From Cyanophora paradoxa CCMP329 (taxonomy: Eukaryota; Plantae; Glaucophyta), in NCBI GenBank assembly GCA_004431415.1, contig QPMI01000589.1, positions 1 to 64,000 of the forward strand: DNA of 64,000 bases. Direction: 5' to 3'. The notes under the pieces were generated by a model, which worked only from the letters and a program-made list of their open reading frames with translations, ran no database searches and had not been told where the DNA came from. Position numbers and translations under genes: made by a program. This document shows, piece after piece, positions 22,078 through 34,325 of this stretch. How positions within the stretch are numbered: the first letter of the stretch is position 1; every line of letters starts with the position of its first letter.

Positions 22078-25000
22078 CTAGCCAAAATGCGACGGGCGGG
22101 CTAGCCGCGCTGGAGGGCTGCCCCCGGGTCGCACTTGAAGGGCGCCTCGCCGCAGGAGGCCGGCGCGGGCCCTCGACCTCCCCGCCGCCCGCCCTGCAGG
22201 TACACCCCGACCCGCCCCACGCCCCGCACCGAGCAGCCGCGCAGCGCCACGCGCGCCCCGGGCCGGCCCGCACGCCGAACTGGCGGCAGGGCCCCACCGC
22301 GCAGTCCGTGAGCTCGGCGCGGGCCCCGGGGAGGGCGTCGAGGCCCGTCCGGCACTGCCGCAGCCGGCACGCGTACAGCCGCGCCTCCGCCCCCTCTGCC
22401 GCCCCGTGAGATGGCGATGCCTCAGCAAGCGCGGCGCGAGTCGGGGCGGGGCGGGGGGCACGGTGGACGGCGACGGCGGGCTCGTCGGGGAGGCGCAGCA
22501 GGCAAGGCCCTCCAGCGCCCACCGCCCGCTCCGCACCGCCACGCCCCGACCCCCATCCCCTGGCCCCAGGAAGGGTGAGGGCGGGGGGGGGGGGGGCGGG
22601 GGGGTGGGGGGTGGGGGGGGGGGGGGGAGCGGACCTCCTCCGCGTCCTCTTCGTCGCCGTCCTCGTCGTCCCCGCTGCCCGCCTCGCCGCCCCGACGGCG
22701 AGCGAGAGGTTCGCGAGCCGCCCCTGGGGCGCGTCCAGCCACAGCACCGTGCCGCCCCTCCCCGCCCGCTGCGCATCCCCGTCGGATGTGGGGCTCGGGG
22801 GGAAGGGAAGGGGGGATGAGATACAGAGAAACGAGGCGTACCCGGAGGATGACCTCCCCTCCCCACCACCGCGAGCTCGCACGTGACGTCCAGCGTCTCC
22901 CGCTCCACGTACTCCCCTCCCCGCACCCGCACCTGTACCCGGATCAGGCGGGTAGGATGGAGCGCCGAGGGGGGTACGCGGGCGCGCCTCGTCGCCGTCC
23001 GTGGCTGCTGCGAGGGCCTCGCGGAGGGAGGGGTACGGGCCCAGGACGGCCCGCCCCGCCCCGTCCAGCGCCCCTGGCCTGCCGAAGGCTCGAGATTAGA
23101 TGGAGAGGCGTGGCGGCGAGGGAAGGGACGGGGGTACGCACGTAGGGCGCATCTCTTGGTCCACTACGAGGAGCCGCCCCTGCGGCCCCTCCTCCTCCTC
23201 CCCCTTCTCCTCCTCGCCCTCCTCTCTTGCAGTCTCCTCGGCCTCTTCAACGGCGGCCGCCGAGGGGACGCTGGCCCTGCGCGCCGCCTCGGCCGCCGCG
23301 GGGCACTCCGCCGCCGCCGCCGCCGCCGCCCCCGCCCCCGCTTCCTTTCGGACGCGTGAGAAGCGCAAGGGTTCAAGGTCGAGGGAGGGCCGCACGGCTC
23401 CCGAGCCGCCGGCGCCCGCCTCGGCCTCCGCCTGCTCCTCGGCGATGGCGGCCGCCCGGCGGGAGCGGCGGCGCGCCTCCGCCACCGCCTCCGCCTCCGC
23501 CTCGTCCGCCCGCAGCGCCCCCACCAGCTGCCCCGCCCGCGGCCACGGAGTCAGAGGAAGCGAAGCGACGGGTACCGCGCAACAGCAAAGCACCGCGCGG
23601 AGCTCGTCGACGGAGGGCCCGGCGTACCCCTGCGGCCTCTCGCCCCCGGCCCGCCGGCCTCGACGAGCTCGCCGCCCTTCTCGGTGCGGTAGGGCGCGCC
23701 GGCCGCGGCCCCCGGGCCCTGCTGGAGGCCCAAGCGCGGAGGCGCGAGACGCGGTCCGCCCCGGCCGCCCCCGCCGGCGCGACGACGCCGAAGCCCAGCG
23801 AGTCTGCGTCACGGAGCCGGTCCCTTCGGCTCGAAGGGGGCGGTGCGGGCGAGGAGAGAAGCACCGTGGACGTCGCAGGAGGAGAGAGTGACGTCCGACC
23901 CGCCTGCGCCTCGACGCACGCCCGCAGGCAGCCGTACACGTCGCACCTGAGGCGGGCGGGCGGCGTGAGGGAGGGAGGCTGCCTCCAAGGCACAAGTCAG
24001 CGAGGCGAGCGCACCCCGAGAGGGAGGCGCGGGCGCCGAGGCCGGCGCTGACGCCCACGCGGCAGCCCGAGACGGCGCAGCGCTCGAGGGCGGCGCGCGC
24101 GCCCTCTCGCACGAAGACGCCCACCGAGCCCCGGGCCGTCACCCGGAGCCCCTCCAGCGACCAGCGGCCCCCTGCCCCGAGGTTAAAGGGGGGAGGCCAA
24201 CGAACAAAGAGAAAGGGAAAACGGTGTACCCCGGACGAGGACGGCCATCATGCCGTCGCCCTCGCCGCCGAAAGAGGATGAGGAGGGGAGCAGGCCGGGG
24301 CGCCCCGCGGAGGAGGAGGAGGAGGAGGAGGGCGGCGGGGCGGGCGGGGCAGGGGCGGCGCGGACGGTGAGGTTCGAGACGGCGCCGACGGCGGCGCCGA
24401 GCTCGAGGACCACGCCGCTCGCCCCGCTCCGCGAGAGCACCACCTGCGGCGGGGAGGTGGGCGTTCGAGCTTGAGCACGGGGGGCGGGGGGCGGGGGGCG
24501 GGGCTCGGCACCCTGGAGGGGTCCCCTCGCCGCGGATGCGGACGCAGCGGGGCACGGCGAGCGCCCGCCGCGCCTCGTACTCCCCCGCCCGCACCACTGG
24601 CCCCGCGCCCCGCACGGCCCGGCTCAGAAAGACTCTGAGGCCTCCCGAGACGAGACGGGCGCCCGCCCGCACCGATCTCGTCGCCGCCGCGGGCCGCCAC
24701 CAGCGCGTCCTCCAGCGACACGAAGCACTGGGGGTACGCGCTCAGAGGGTGGGGTGGGGTGGAGGAAGAGGGGGTACGGGACGCGCCTCGGCGTCGCCGG
24801 GGAGGCCGGCGGGGAGGTTGCCCGTGAAGCCGGCGTCGACGAAGAGGGTGCGGCCGGACGGCACCGGCTCCGCCTTGATCGCGTTGCAGCGCAGGGCCTC
24901 CGCCCGCCCCTCCCCGACCACCCCGTCCGCCCCGCAGTGCCAGATCTGCTCTTCGTGTGAGAAACGACGAAGGCAAAGATAAACTGTTTTTTAAATAGGG

Positions 25001-25792
25001 AGCGCCTCGTTGTTGGTGAGGCTGGAGAAGCAGCCGTCGCCGGCGAAGACGCCGGCCTGCCCGACGTCGTGGACGCGGCACCGCTCCATGACGAGCGAGG
25101 CACCCTCCGCGAGGCTCACGCCGTCCGTGTGGCACAGCGACAGCTCGCAGCCGCTCAGCGCCGCCCGCACGCCCTCCCCCGCGAGGCGGCACCCGACGCG
25201 CCCGCCCCGCAGCGAGCACCCGCGCAGCGCCAGCGCGCACTTGCCCGTCGCCGAGACGCCTGCGCCGCGCGTGAGGCGCGTCGGCGAGCGGGCGAGCTCC
25301 CAGACTCGAGGGGGCGCACAGGGGGCGTCCTCGGTGGCCTCGACCTCGCAGTCGACCAGCTCGAGGTCGCCGCCCGAGCAGAGGACGCCGCCGACCATCT
25401 CGCAGCCCATGTCCTCCGCCGGCCGCATCCGCACGCCGCCCACGCGCGCCCGGCCGGCGCTGCACGCCAGCACGAAGCCGCCGATGCCGAGGCGCCCGAG
25501 GAGGACCTTCTCCGCCCCGGCGCCCCGGATCTCGACGTCCTTGGCCAGCACCAGCGCCTGCTCCTCGTAGTACACGCCCTGGGATAGAATGCGGCGCATC
25601 AGCGCTGCCCTCGCGCCCGATCGGCGGTGCACGCGGCACCTCTGCGATCTGGATGACGTCCCCGGCGCTCGCCTCCCGCAGGGCCTCCGCCGGCCACAGA
25701 AGCGTCCCCGGTAAGTTCGTCTGCTCTACGTACAACGTACGCGGCTCGCGCCTCGCCGCCGCAGGCGCCTCAACTCCAGGCCGCCGCTGCAT
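22078..25792 (-). CDS. Multi-exon right-handed parallel beta-helix (pectin-lyase-like) repeat protein
   Basis: Repeated modules EALREASAGDVIQIAEGVYYE...VEIRG, SLEDALVAARGGDEI and VRVRGGEYVERETL. Beta-helix coils such as LVDCEV, LRGCSL, LSGCEL, MERCRV. GT/GC-AG introns. The 3' end is approximate. Confidence 0.7.
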
Positions 25793-26004
25793 TCTGGCAA
25801 CGCTGTTCCGAGCTGGTAAACCTCTCTAGCTAACGATGCACAGCTCAAATCTGCTCGGTGTGGCGCCCTGGAGCGGCTGGCGTTGTTGCCAATTGGCCTG
25901 AGGGGGTACGCATTACCTTTCTTGGCGCTCTCATTCTTTTTCGCACGAACCGGAGGCGGATTTGAGCGGCGCGCAACGTCCACAGCACGGCGCTTGACGA
26001 GGCG

Positions 26005-27449
26005 ATGTCGTGGGTGGTGGTGCGCCGGCTGCCGGTCATCCCCCGCGCCGCTGATGCCGAGGGCGCGCCGCCCGCAGGCCCTCGCGCTCTTGTCGGCGTT
26101 TGCATACGTGTTTCGCGCCTATCTGGCCTTGAAGGGCAGGAAGGGCTCGAAGATTGGCCCCGAGAGCTACACCGGGCTCTCGCCGACCGAGAAGCCGACG
26201 CTGTTCGCCCCCGCTTCGGTCTACCTGTCCATCGTTGCACCCGCGTACAACGAGGATGAGCGGCTCCCGGCGTTCATGGCGGAGACCGCGCGGTACCTCC
26301 TCACGCGGTGCGCCGGCGAGGCGCGGGTCGCGCGGGCGCCGCCGGCTCACGGCCGGCGCAGGGAGACGAAGGACAAGTCATTCACGTGGGAGCTGCTCAT
26401 CGTGGACGACGGGAGCAGGGACAGGACCGTCAAGGTGGCCAATGAACAGGCCAAGGCCCTCGGCATCGAGTCCAAGACGCGCGTGATCAGCCTCCGCGTC
26501 AACTGCGGCAAGGGCGCCGCCGTCAAGACCGTGCGCTGAGCCCGAACCTCGCTGCTGCTGCTGCCGCCGCCCCCGTGCTGACGCGCCGGCGGCAGGGGAT
26601 GCTGAACGCGCGCGGGAGTACCTCCTCATGGCCGACTCGGACGGCGCGACGCTCATCACCGACGTCGAGCGCCTCGAGAGTGCGCCCGCACCGCCCCGCC
26701 CGCGCCGCCCGGCCCGCCCGCGCCCGACCGACCGGCTGCCCGGCAGCGTCGCTGAAGGGCGCGGCCAAGGGCGCCGACGGCTTCGGCATCGCCATCGGCT
26801 CCCGCGCGCACCTCAAGAACGAGGCCGACGCCGTCGCGCAGGTGGCCCCGTACCCCCTCCCCGCCCCGCCCCGCCGCTAACCGCGTACCCCCGCGCCCCC
26901 GCAGCGGAAGCCGCACCGGCAGTTCGTCTCGTTCGTGTTCCGCGTCCTGCGGGAGCTCTGCGTCTCCGGCCTCAAGGACACCCAGTGCGGCTTCAAGCTC
27001 TTCACCCGCAAGGCACGCCGCCCCGTACCCCCGGTCTCCCCCCCTCCCGACCCTGACACAGCGTACCCCCTCTCCGCGCAGGCGGCGCAGCGGATCTTCC
27101 CGCAGCAGCACGTGGAGCGCTGGTGTTTCGACATTGAGCTGCTCCTCATCGCGCAGGTGCCCCCGTACCCCGGCCCGCTGTCCCCCCCCCTCCCCTCACC
27201 CCCCCTTCTTCCAGACTTTGAAGTACCCCATCTGCGAAATACCGGTCAACTGGACCGAGATCCCGGGCTCCAAGCTCGGGGTCCGCGCCTCTCCCGCCCG
27301 CCCGCCCCCCGGCCCCCGCCCCCGCCCTTCTCACGCCTGGCGCGCGCCAGGTGGTGAGCGCGTCGATCAACATGATCAAGGACCTGATCCGCATCCGCAC
27401 CATGTACTGGCTCGGCTCCTGGCGCGTCCACAAGTCCACCCTCGCCTGA
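26005..27449 (+). CDS. ALG5: Dolichyl-phosphate beta-glucosyltransferase (GT2)
   Basis: Spliced motifs LSIVAPAYNEDERL, ELLIVDDGSRD, NCGKGAAV-GMLNARGEYLLMADSDGAT, IAIGSRAHL, KDTQCGFKLFTR, ERWCFDIELL, EIPVNWTEIPGSKL. N-terminal TM segment. About 8 introns. Confidence 0.95.
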
Positions 27450-27554
27450 GGGACCCGACCCCCGCCCCCGCCCCCCGCTTCCCCTCAACTGCCCCCGCCC
27501 CTTCCTCCCTTCGAATCCTGTAGCATATTGGTATCGCCCCTTTTTCTGTTCAAG

Positions 27555-29202
27555 TTATCTGGCTTGAGGCGACACGAGCCCAAGGCGGCTGCCCGCATCT
27601 GCCGCCGGCGCCCGGCGGGCGGCGGCGGCCTCCTCGAGGGCGCGCTCCAGGGCGGCGCGGAAGGCGGCGTAGGGCTCGGCGGCCGCGGGGGCCGCGAAGA
27701 AACGCCCGGGGTCCTCGAGGCTCAGCAGGGCCCTCTGCGGCCGCCCCGAGGCCAGCGCCCCCTCGAACAGCGCCGCGAAGTCCCCCGCGTCCACTGGGCG
27801 GGGTACAAGAGGCTCGCCGAGACCCTCGCGGGGCCGGGAGGGCGAGGAGGGCGGCGAGGAGGGGGCGGGCGGAGGGCGGGGCGAGGCGGCACTCGGACAG
27901 GTCGGCCGTGGCGAGGCTCGGGCGTGGGGGCCGGCGGCGAGCCAGGCGAGGGCCCCCTCCCCCACCTCGCACTGCTCCAGGAGCAGGTGCCGCAGCCCGC
28001 GGAAGGAATCCGGGCCCAGCGCGGCGGGGCCCGCGGGGAGCGCGCAGCAGGTCAGGACGAGCGAGGAGGCGGGCGGGGCGGGGGCGCCCGGGCCGGGGAA
28101 GGCGGCGGGTTCGAGAAGGCGGGCGGCGGCGCGGGGAGCGGGAAGGCGGCGCCGGAGGAGGCGCGGCCGAGGTGGAGGCTGGCGCAGCGCAGGCCGGCGG
28201 CGGCGGCGGCCTCGACGGCGGCGGCGGCGGCCGCCTCGCCGCCGGCCTCGGGCTCGAAGGCGAGGACAGAAGCGAGGCGGAGGGCGGGGAGGAGGGCCAA
28301 GTCCCCGGGGGCCCGCAGCTCCAGGCAGGCCTCCACCCGCTCCAGCCGCCCGTGGCAGTGCAGCCTCTGCAGGGGGTACGACGTCAGGTCGAATCGGAGG
28401 GCGGGGCGGGGTGGGGCGGGGGGCGCTGCGGCACCAGGTCGAGGAGGGGGAAGGAGCCGGGGCAGCTGAGGGCCCCGCGGAGGCGGACCTCGCGTACCCC
28501 CCCGGCGACGGGGGCGGCGAGGGCGCTGTAGACCATCCCCACGACATCGGCGTCCTCTCCCGGGAAGTCTATGGAGAGGGCCTCCAGGCGGCGCAGGGCG
28601 CGCCCCGCGCCGGGGGCCCGCGCCAGCTCCCGCACGCCGCCGAGGCGCGCGGACCAGGCCTCGCCGGCGCTCCGCGCGAGGAGCAGCCGCAGCCGCCGCA
28701 CGCCGCCGCACGCAGCGCCGGCGAGCACGTCCGCCGCCTCCGCCCCCGTGAGCACCGCGCACGGCCCGAAGCGCTCGCCGGGCGGCGGCGCGGGCGCCCC
28801 GGGCGGGCGCCCGCCGCGGCACTTGAGCGCCACCTCCGCCGCCGTCATGCCCGCCACGACGCTGCAGAGCGATGCACGATCGGAATGAAGCTGGAATGGG
28901 CGGACGCGGCGCGCGGACGCGCACTGGAGGTCGAGCTGCGCGCTGAGGGGCTCGTCGAAGGCGGCGCGGCGCCAGCGGCGGCAGGCGGCGGAGGCCCGGC
29001 AGCGCTCGTTGACGGAGAGCAGCGCGAGGACGTGCGTGAGGAGCTCCTGCGGCAGCGCCCGCGTCGCCGCACCCGCCTCTCCATGGCCATCGCAATCGCC
29101 GCCCCCCTCCGCTGCTCCGCCGCCGCCCGGGTCGCCATCTGCAAGCGTCGCTGTCAGCGAACTCGCGATTGGTGCCGCGCGTACGGCTCCGCAGGCGCGC
29201 AT
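27555..29202 (-). CDS. F-box/LRR-like protein
   Basis: F-box ALPQELLTHVLALLSVNERCRASAACRRWR, followed by LxxLxL repeats. Start uncertain. Confidence 0.75.
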
Positions 29203-29682
29203 GCGCCGCGCCGACCGGTTTGCAGCGAGGTCACGTGCACGCACCGGCCGCGCTGGACGAGTGAGCTGCGCAGCCTGCGCCTGCGCAGGTCGAGCTGGCG
29301 GCTTCCTGCTGCTCCGTCATGCGTGCCGCCTTTACCTGCGGCCGGCCCGGGTACCGGTTCGAATTCGAATTCGCCCGCCGGTTCGAATTCGAATCGAAGC
29401 GACGGGCGCTTCGAATTCCGGGTTGCGGGGCAGCCGGTGCTCGATCCAGGGGTCGGACAGGCTAATGACCGCTGAGCGCTAGCTGGCGCTCTGGCCGAGG
29501 CGAGCGAGCGCGCGCCGCACGCGGCGCGGGCGCGAGCGGGCGCGCGGAATTCGAATGCATGCCCACTGGGCCACGCAGATATCTTCTCCATTGCCTCTGG
29601 CGCGGCGTGCCTTCCACTGAAGGCACCCAATAAGTTGTATTATGTGTGCCTTCTACTTGTTCTGTAAATAATCCACGGAGGC

Positions 29683-31568
29683 TCAGGAGGTGTACTTGCG
29701 CTGGCCCATGACCTGCGGGTGCGTGAGGCTCGGTCCGCGGAGGGCGGCGGGGCGGCGGGGCGGGCGGGCGCGCACGTCTCCGAGGGGGTCGCTCTTCGCC
29801 CGCCACTGCCCGTCCCGCAGCAGCTCCCGCAACCTGCAGCGGGGACTTGCCGGGTCAGATCCATGAGAAACGGGAGGCTGGGCGGGACGCCGGGAGGAGG
29901 GCACCGCTGCTCGGGGGCGGCGGGGGCGGTCCCGCCGAAGGCGGCGCGGACGAGGGACCAGGGGTGCCCCGACGAGACGTACTGCAGGAACCCCGCCCCC
30001 TTCTGCATCTGGTATGGGGGTACGCGTGAAATTGGTTTGGGAGGGGGGAGGAGGGGGGAGGGGTTACGCGCCGACTCGGACTTGGAGCGGGCGAAGTCAC
30101 CCCAGGACTCGACGGGCTTGCCGTGGTCTCGGCGGCCCTCCCCCGTCGCCAGCGCCACTGCGCCGGGGCGTCAGAGGGGACAAGGCGCAAGCCCGATCAG
30201 AGAGGGGTACAGGACGCGCCGCCCTTGGAGCCCTTGATGAACCTGCGGGGGTACGCGTCGGACTCGGTCGCCGGGGCGGGGGGGGGGGGGGGGGAGGAGG
30301 CCCGGGGGGCACGCACGCCTCGGCCTCGTCGGGCTCGAGCCCCCAGTCGTTGATGAGGAGCACGCGCACCGCCTGCGGCTCCCGCCTCGCCCGCACCTGG
30401 GCCCGGCTCTCAGATCAGATCAGATCAGATCAGATCTGGGCGGGGGGCACCATGAGGGCGTGGGCGACGAGGGCGGAGGCCTCGTCGGGGGGCAGGCCGC
30501 GGGCGGTGAGGGCGAGGAGGACGTCGCGGGGCCGCTCCGCGCCGCGCTCCAGCAGCCCGAAGAGCTCCTTCAGCACCCCCAGCACCTCCTCCCGCCCTGC
30601 CCCCCGGAGCTCGAGGCGCGGCGGGGCTGGCGGGCGGGGGCCGGGGCGGACCGACGTGGTCGCCTCGGGCGATGCGCTCGTTCACGGCGAGGACGGCCGC
30701 GCGCTGCGCCCCGATCGACCGGAAGCTGTTGCTGTTCTCGTTGCCCCGCAGCACTGCCCCGCGCCCGGCTCGCCGCACGCCGGAGGGAAGGGCGCGAGGG
30801 CGGGAGGGGGGACGCACGGGACTGTGCGGTGCCGGCCGCGAAGTAGGGCGCCCACCTGCATCGGAGCCGGCGCCGTCGCACGCGTCCGAGCGGCCGCCGC
30901 GGGCGGGCGGGCGGGGCGGACCACTCGGGGGGGAGGGTCTCGAGGGGGACGAGGGGCCCGTCGGGCTTGGTGCGGGCCTTCCAGCGGTGGTCGGGGTGTC
31001 TCCTCACGTGGAACCCGCGCCGGAAGCAGTCCGGGCAGTTGTTGTGGCCCCAGCAGAAGTCTGCCCCCGCGCCCGCGCCGCCCCCGCCGGTCAGCCTAAA
31101 GGAAAGCGGCGGGCGGGCCATCTCGCGCTTCACTGCGCTAGCTGAGCGAGCTTGCCCGCGTCTGCCGCGCGCGGCCCCTCGCGCGCGCGCAGGCAGCTTG
31201 GCTTAGCAGCGGCGATCGCTCGGAAGCGATCGCGCATAGAAATGCTTGAGCCGTCTAGCCTCTATCCCGCCGGCTCCCGCACGCGGCGGCGCGCTCCGAC
31301 GTGCCGACCGTCGGACGCGGGCGGAACGTTCTAGCTGCCCGGCTGAAGCGGCGGGCGGGGGGGCGCACCGCAGACGAAGCGGATCCCGCGGATAGTGTTC
31401 TTGCAGTCGCTGCAGAAGCTGCCGACGTGCAGATCTGAGCGCGGGGGCGTGGGCGGATGTACGTCATGCGCGCGCTGCGAACGAGGACGCACCGGTCGGG
31501 GGCGCCTTCAGCCTTCGCGGCGTCTTGGGCTCTTCGCTGTTCGCCCACGGAAAGCAGGAGAGCGCCAT
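29683..31568 (-). CDS. ZZ-type zinc-finger-like protein of unknown function (multi-exon)
   Basis: Exons MALSCFPW..., LHVGSFCSDCKNTIRGIRFVC and ADFCWGHNNCPDCFRRGFH...HPDHRW match ZZ spacing. Downstream exons are unassigned. Confidence 0.55.
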
Positions 31569-31779
31569 TTCGTCAAACTGGCCGGGTACAGGCCAAATTC
31601 GACGCTCGGCGGCAGTTAGTCGACGCCGCGAGCGAACGTATCCGACCTCTACTACTTCGAACTACGACAAGAAACATCCACACAAACGGCGAGGTGAGGC
31701 CCAGCAGTATTTGAATTCGAACTTCCGGCGCGCGCTGACGAAGGCGGCCGCGGGCAGGCCGTAAGCAAGCCGGCTGGTC

Positions 31780-33990
31780 ATGGAGACTCCGTCGGTAGAG
31801 AAGGCAGTCAAACGGGCTCGCGTGGAGGGCGCCGCAGCGGGAGCGCACTCCCATGCGGGGCGGCTCGCGATGTCGATCGACGCGCTTCCAGACGAGGTCC
31901 TCGGCCGCATCTTGCAGAAGCTGGGGCTTCGGGACGGCTGGCTCGCGCGCGGCGCCTGCAGGTGCCCCCGAACCCGCGGCCGCGAACAGCGCTAGCGGCA
32001 TGCGGCGCGTGCACGTGGCCGCGCTAACGACGGCGTCGCAGGCGTTTCCGGAGGGTGGCGGAGGAGATGGGTTGGGACAGCTTCGATCTCAGGAGCGGCA
32101 TGAACATGACCCCGGGGGGCGATCTAGTCTCATCCGCGGCGCCGCCTGCCGTCAGATTGGAGCCCAGCGACGCGAAGGTCGAAGCATACCTGGCCGTCTT
32201 CGACGACGTGTCGTCCCTGATCGAGCGCGGAAAGCTGCGGCTCAGCGCCGGGGCCAGCGTCGCGCTGCGCGTGCGGCTCCTGCCGCTGCGGCACGCGAGT
32301 CGCTGCGCGTGCGGCTCCCCGTGCTGCCCCGACGCGCAGTCCAAAGATGTCACTCCAGTGCGGAGCATCCATCAGCGCACGGCGGCGGGCATCTGCAGAG
32401 TCGTCTCGGCGATCGTTCGCGCGTCCGGCGGCAGCGCGCAGCCGCGGGAGGTGACGGTCGCCCTCGGCGCCGGGTGGACGCGCGTCTCCATGAGAAGCGG
32501 CCACGCCGCGTTCTGCGACGTGGATGGCACGCTGCTGCGCGACGGCTACCTGCTCGGCGTGCTGCGGGCGCTGCACCCGCCGGCCGGCGCCGCGAGCGGC
32601 GTGGAGAGCCTGAGCCTCGGCTTCTTCGGAGAGGCCGATTCCCGCAAGGACAACTGGTGGCGGCTCTAAGGACAACTGGTGGCGGCTCTTCGAGGGCGGC
32701 GGCGGCGAGCGCGCGCTGCAGGGGGCCCTCGCCCCGCTCGCCCAGCTCCGCTCCCTCGCCCTCGCCGCGGAGGTGGAGGCCAGCAGGCGCCCCGGCATGC
32801 CGCCCAGGACCGTGGCGGCGATCGCGGCCGCCTGCCCCCGCCTGCGGTCCCTCACGTTCCTCCCGGAGAGCGCCGAGGCGATCGCGGCGCTGAAGCAGCT
32901 GCGGGAGCTCGAGGAGGTCGTCGTGGGCACCCACTCCAACTGCGACGACGACCTCGTCCTCCCCGGCGTCGTCGCGCTCTCGCAGGGCCCCGCCGCGCGG
33001 AGCCTGCGCCGCATCCGCTACGGCTTCGGCCCGCCCTTCGAGTTCAAGTGAGCCGGCCGTCCGCTTCTGCGCCGGCGCTGCTCGCGCCTCTGCGTCTGAC
33101 GCGGCCGACCGAGCGCAGCGCGGAGTTCTTCCCGAAGCCCTTCCCCAAGAACCTCTACTGGTTCGACCCGGACGTGCCCCTGGACGACGAGCTCGCGGCC
33201 GCCCTCTCCCGCATGCCCCGCCTGGAGTTCATCGGGCCCCTCAAGGCCCGCCGCCCCCGCCCCTGCCCCCTCTCTCTGGCCAGATCTCTCTCTGACCTCC
33301 TGCGTGCCCGCCGCAGATCTACGACTCCTCCGTGAGCTCCAGCGCCATCGAGGCGCTGGGCCGCCTGCCGTGCCTCCGGGAGGGCGACTTCGAGTACTTC
33401 GCCTCCGGATCCGGGCATTTCACCCCGCAGGACTTCTCCTCCTCCATCTCGCGCCTCTCGAAGCTCAACCTGAGCATCGCCGGTGCTTCCTTACTTGTTG
33501 ACCCGCCCGCCCGCCTTCCGCGCCCGCCGGCGCCCGCCCGCCCTGAGCAGCGGCCTCCGGATCCAGGGGTACTGAAGGAGGAGGACCTCCTCGCCCTCCT
33601 CGCCGCGTGCCGCCCGGCGCTGCGGGAGCTCAGGCTGGCCCTCGGGTGGCCCCTGGGGGTGCCCGAGGCGCGGGCCCTGGTGGAGCTCCCCGCCCTCCGC
33701 TTCCTCTCCCTCGACTGCCCCATCCAGGCGGCCCCGGGGGCCCCCGCCGCCTCCGCCGTCGAGCCCTACCTCGTGCGCCCCCGTACCCCCGGCCCCGAGG
33801 CGGCGGCCCCTCCGAGCCGCCCCGCCCCGGATCGCAGATCCTGCAGGGCCTGCGGCGGGGCGTGCGGGTGACGCTGAAGAGGGACCGGGGCGACTGCCGG
33901 ATGTCCGAGTCGCTGATGGGGCGCAAGACCGAGGCCGAGCGGGCCGTCTTCGCCATGTTCAAGGACCGGCGGGGGGGAAGCTCCAGTTAA
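31780..33990 (+). pseudogene. F-box/LRR gene disrupted by a 22-bp tandem duplication
   Basis: F-box SIDALPDEVLGRILQKLG...W.ARGAC(R)RFRR and LRRs IAAACPRLRSL. AAGGACAACTGGTGGCGGCTCT is duplicated at 32646-32689, giving TAA and a frameshift. Confidence 0.7.
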
Positions 33991-34325
33991 CACTGCCCCC
34001 CCCTCCCCCCCGCCACTCCCTTCCACCCCCCCCCCCCCCCCCCCCTCCCCCTCTCCCTCTCCTTCTCCCGCGGGCCCCCTCCCCGAAAGATCAGAAGTTT
34101 TGCGCACTCGGAGCGGGCGGGGCTGGGACGGGCACGGGCGGCCCCTGCCGCCCGCGCAAGCACCGGAGGGGGCGGGGGCAGGGACGGGGCGGTGCTTGCG
34201 CCGTCCGCCCCCGAGATGGGGCGCGGAGCTACCTAGCTACCTAGGCCTCGCCGCCCTCGCTGCTGCTGCACACGGAGTCGATCTCCTCTCCTCTCCTCGC
34301 CGAGGCCGCCGGGCTCCAGGGGCGG

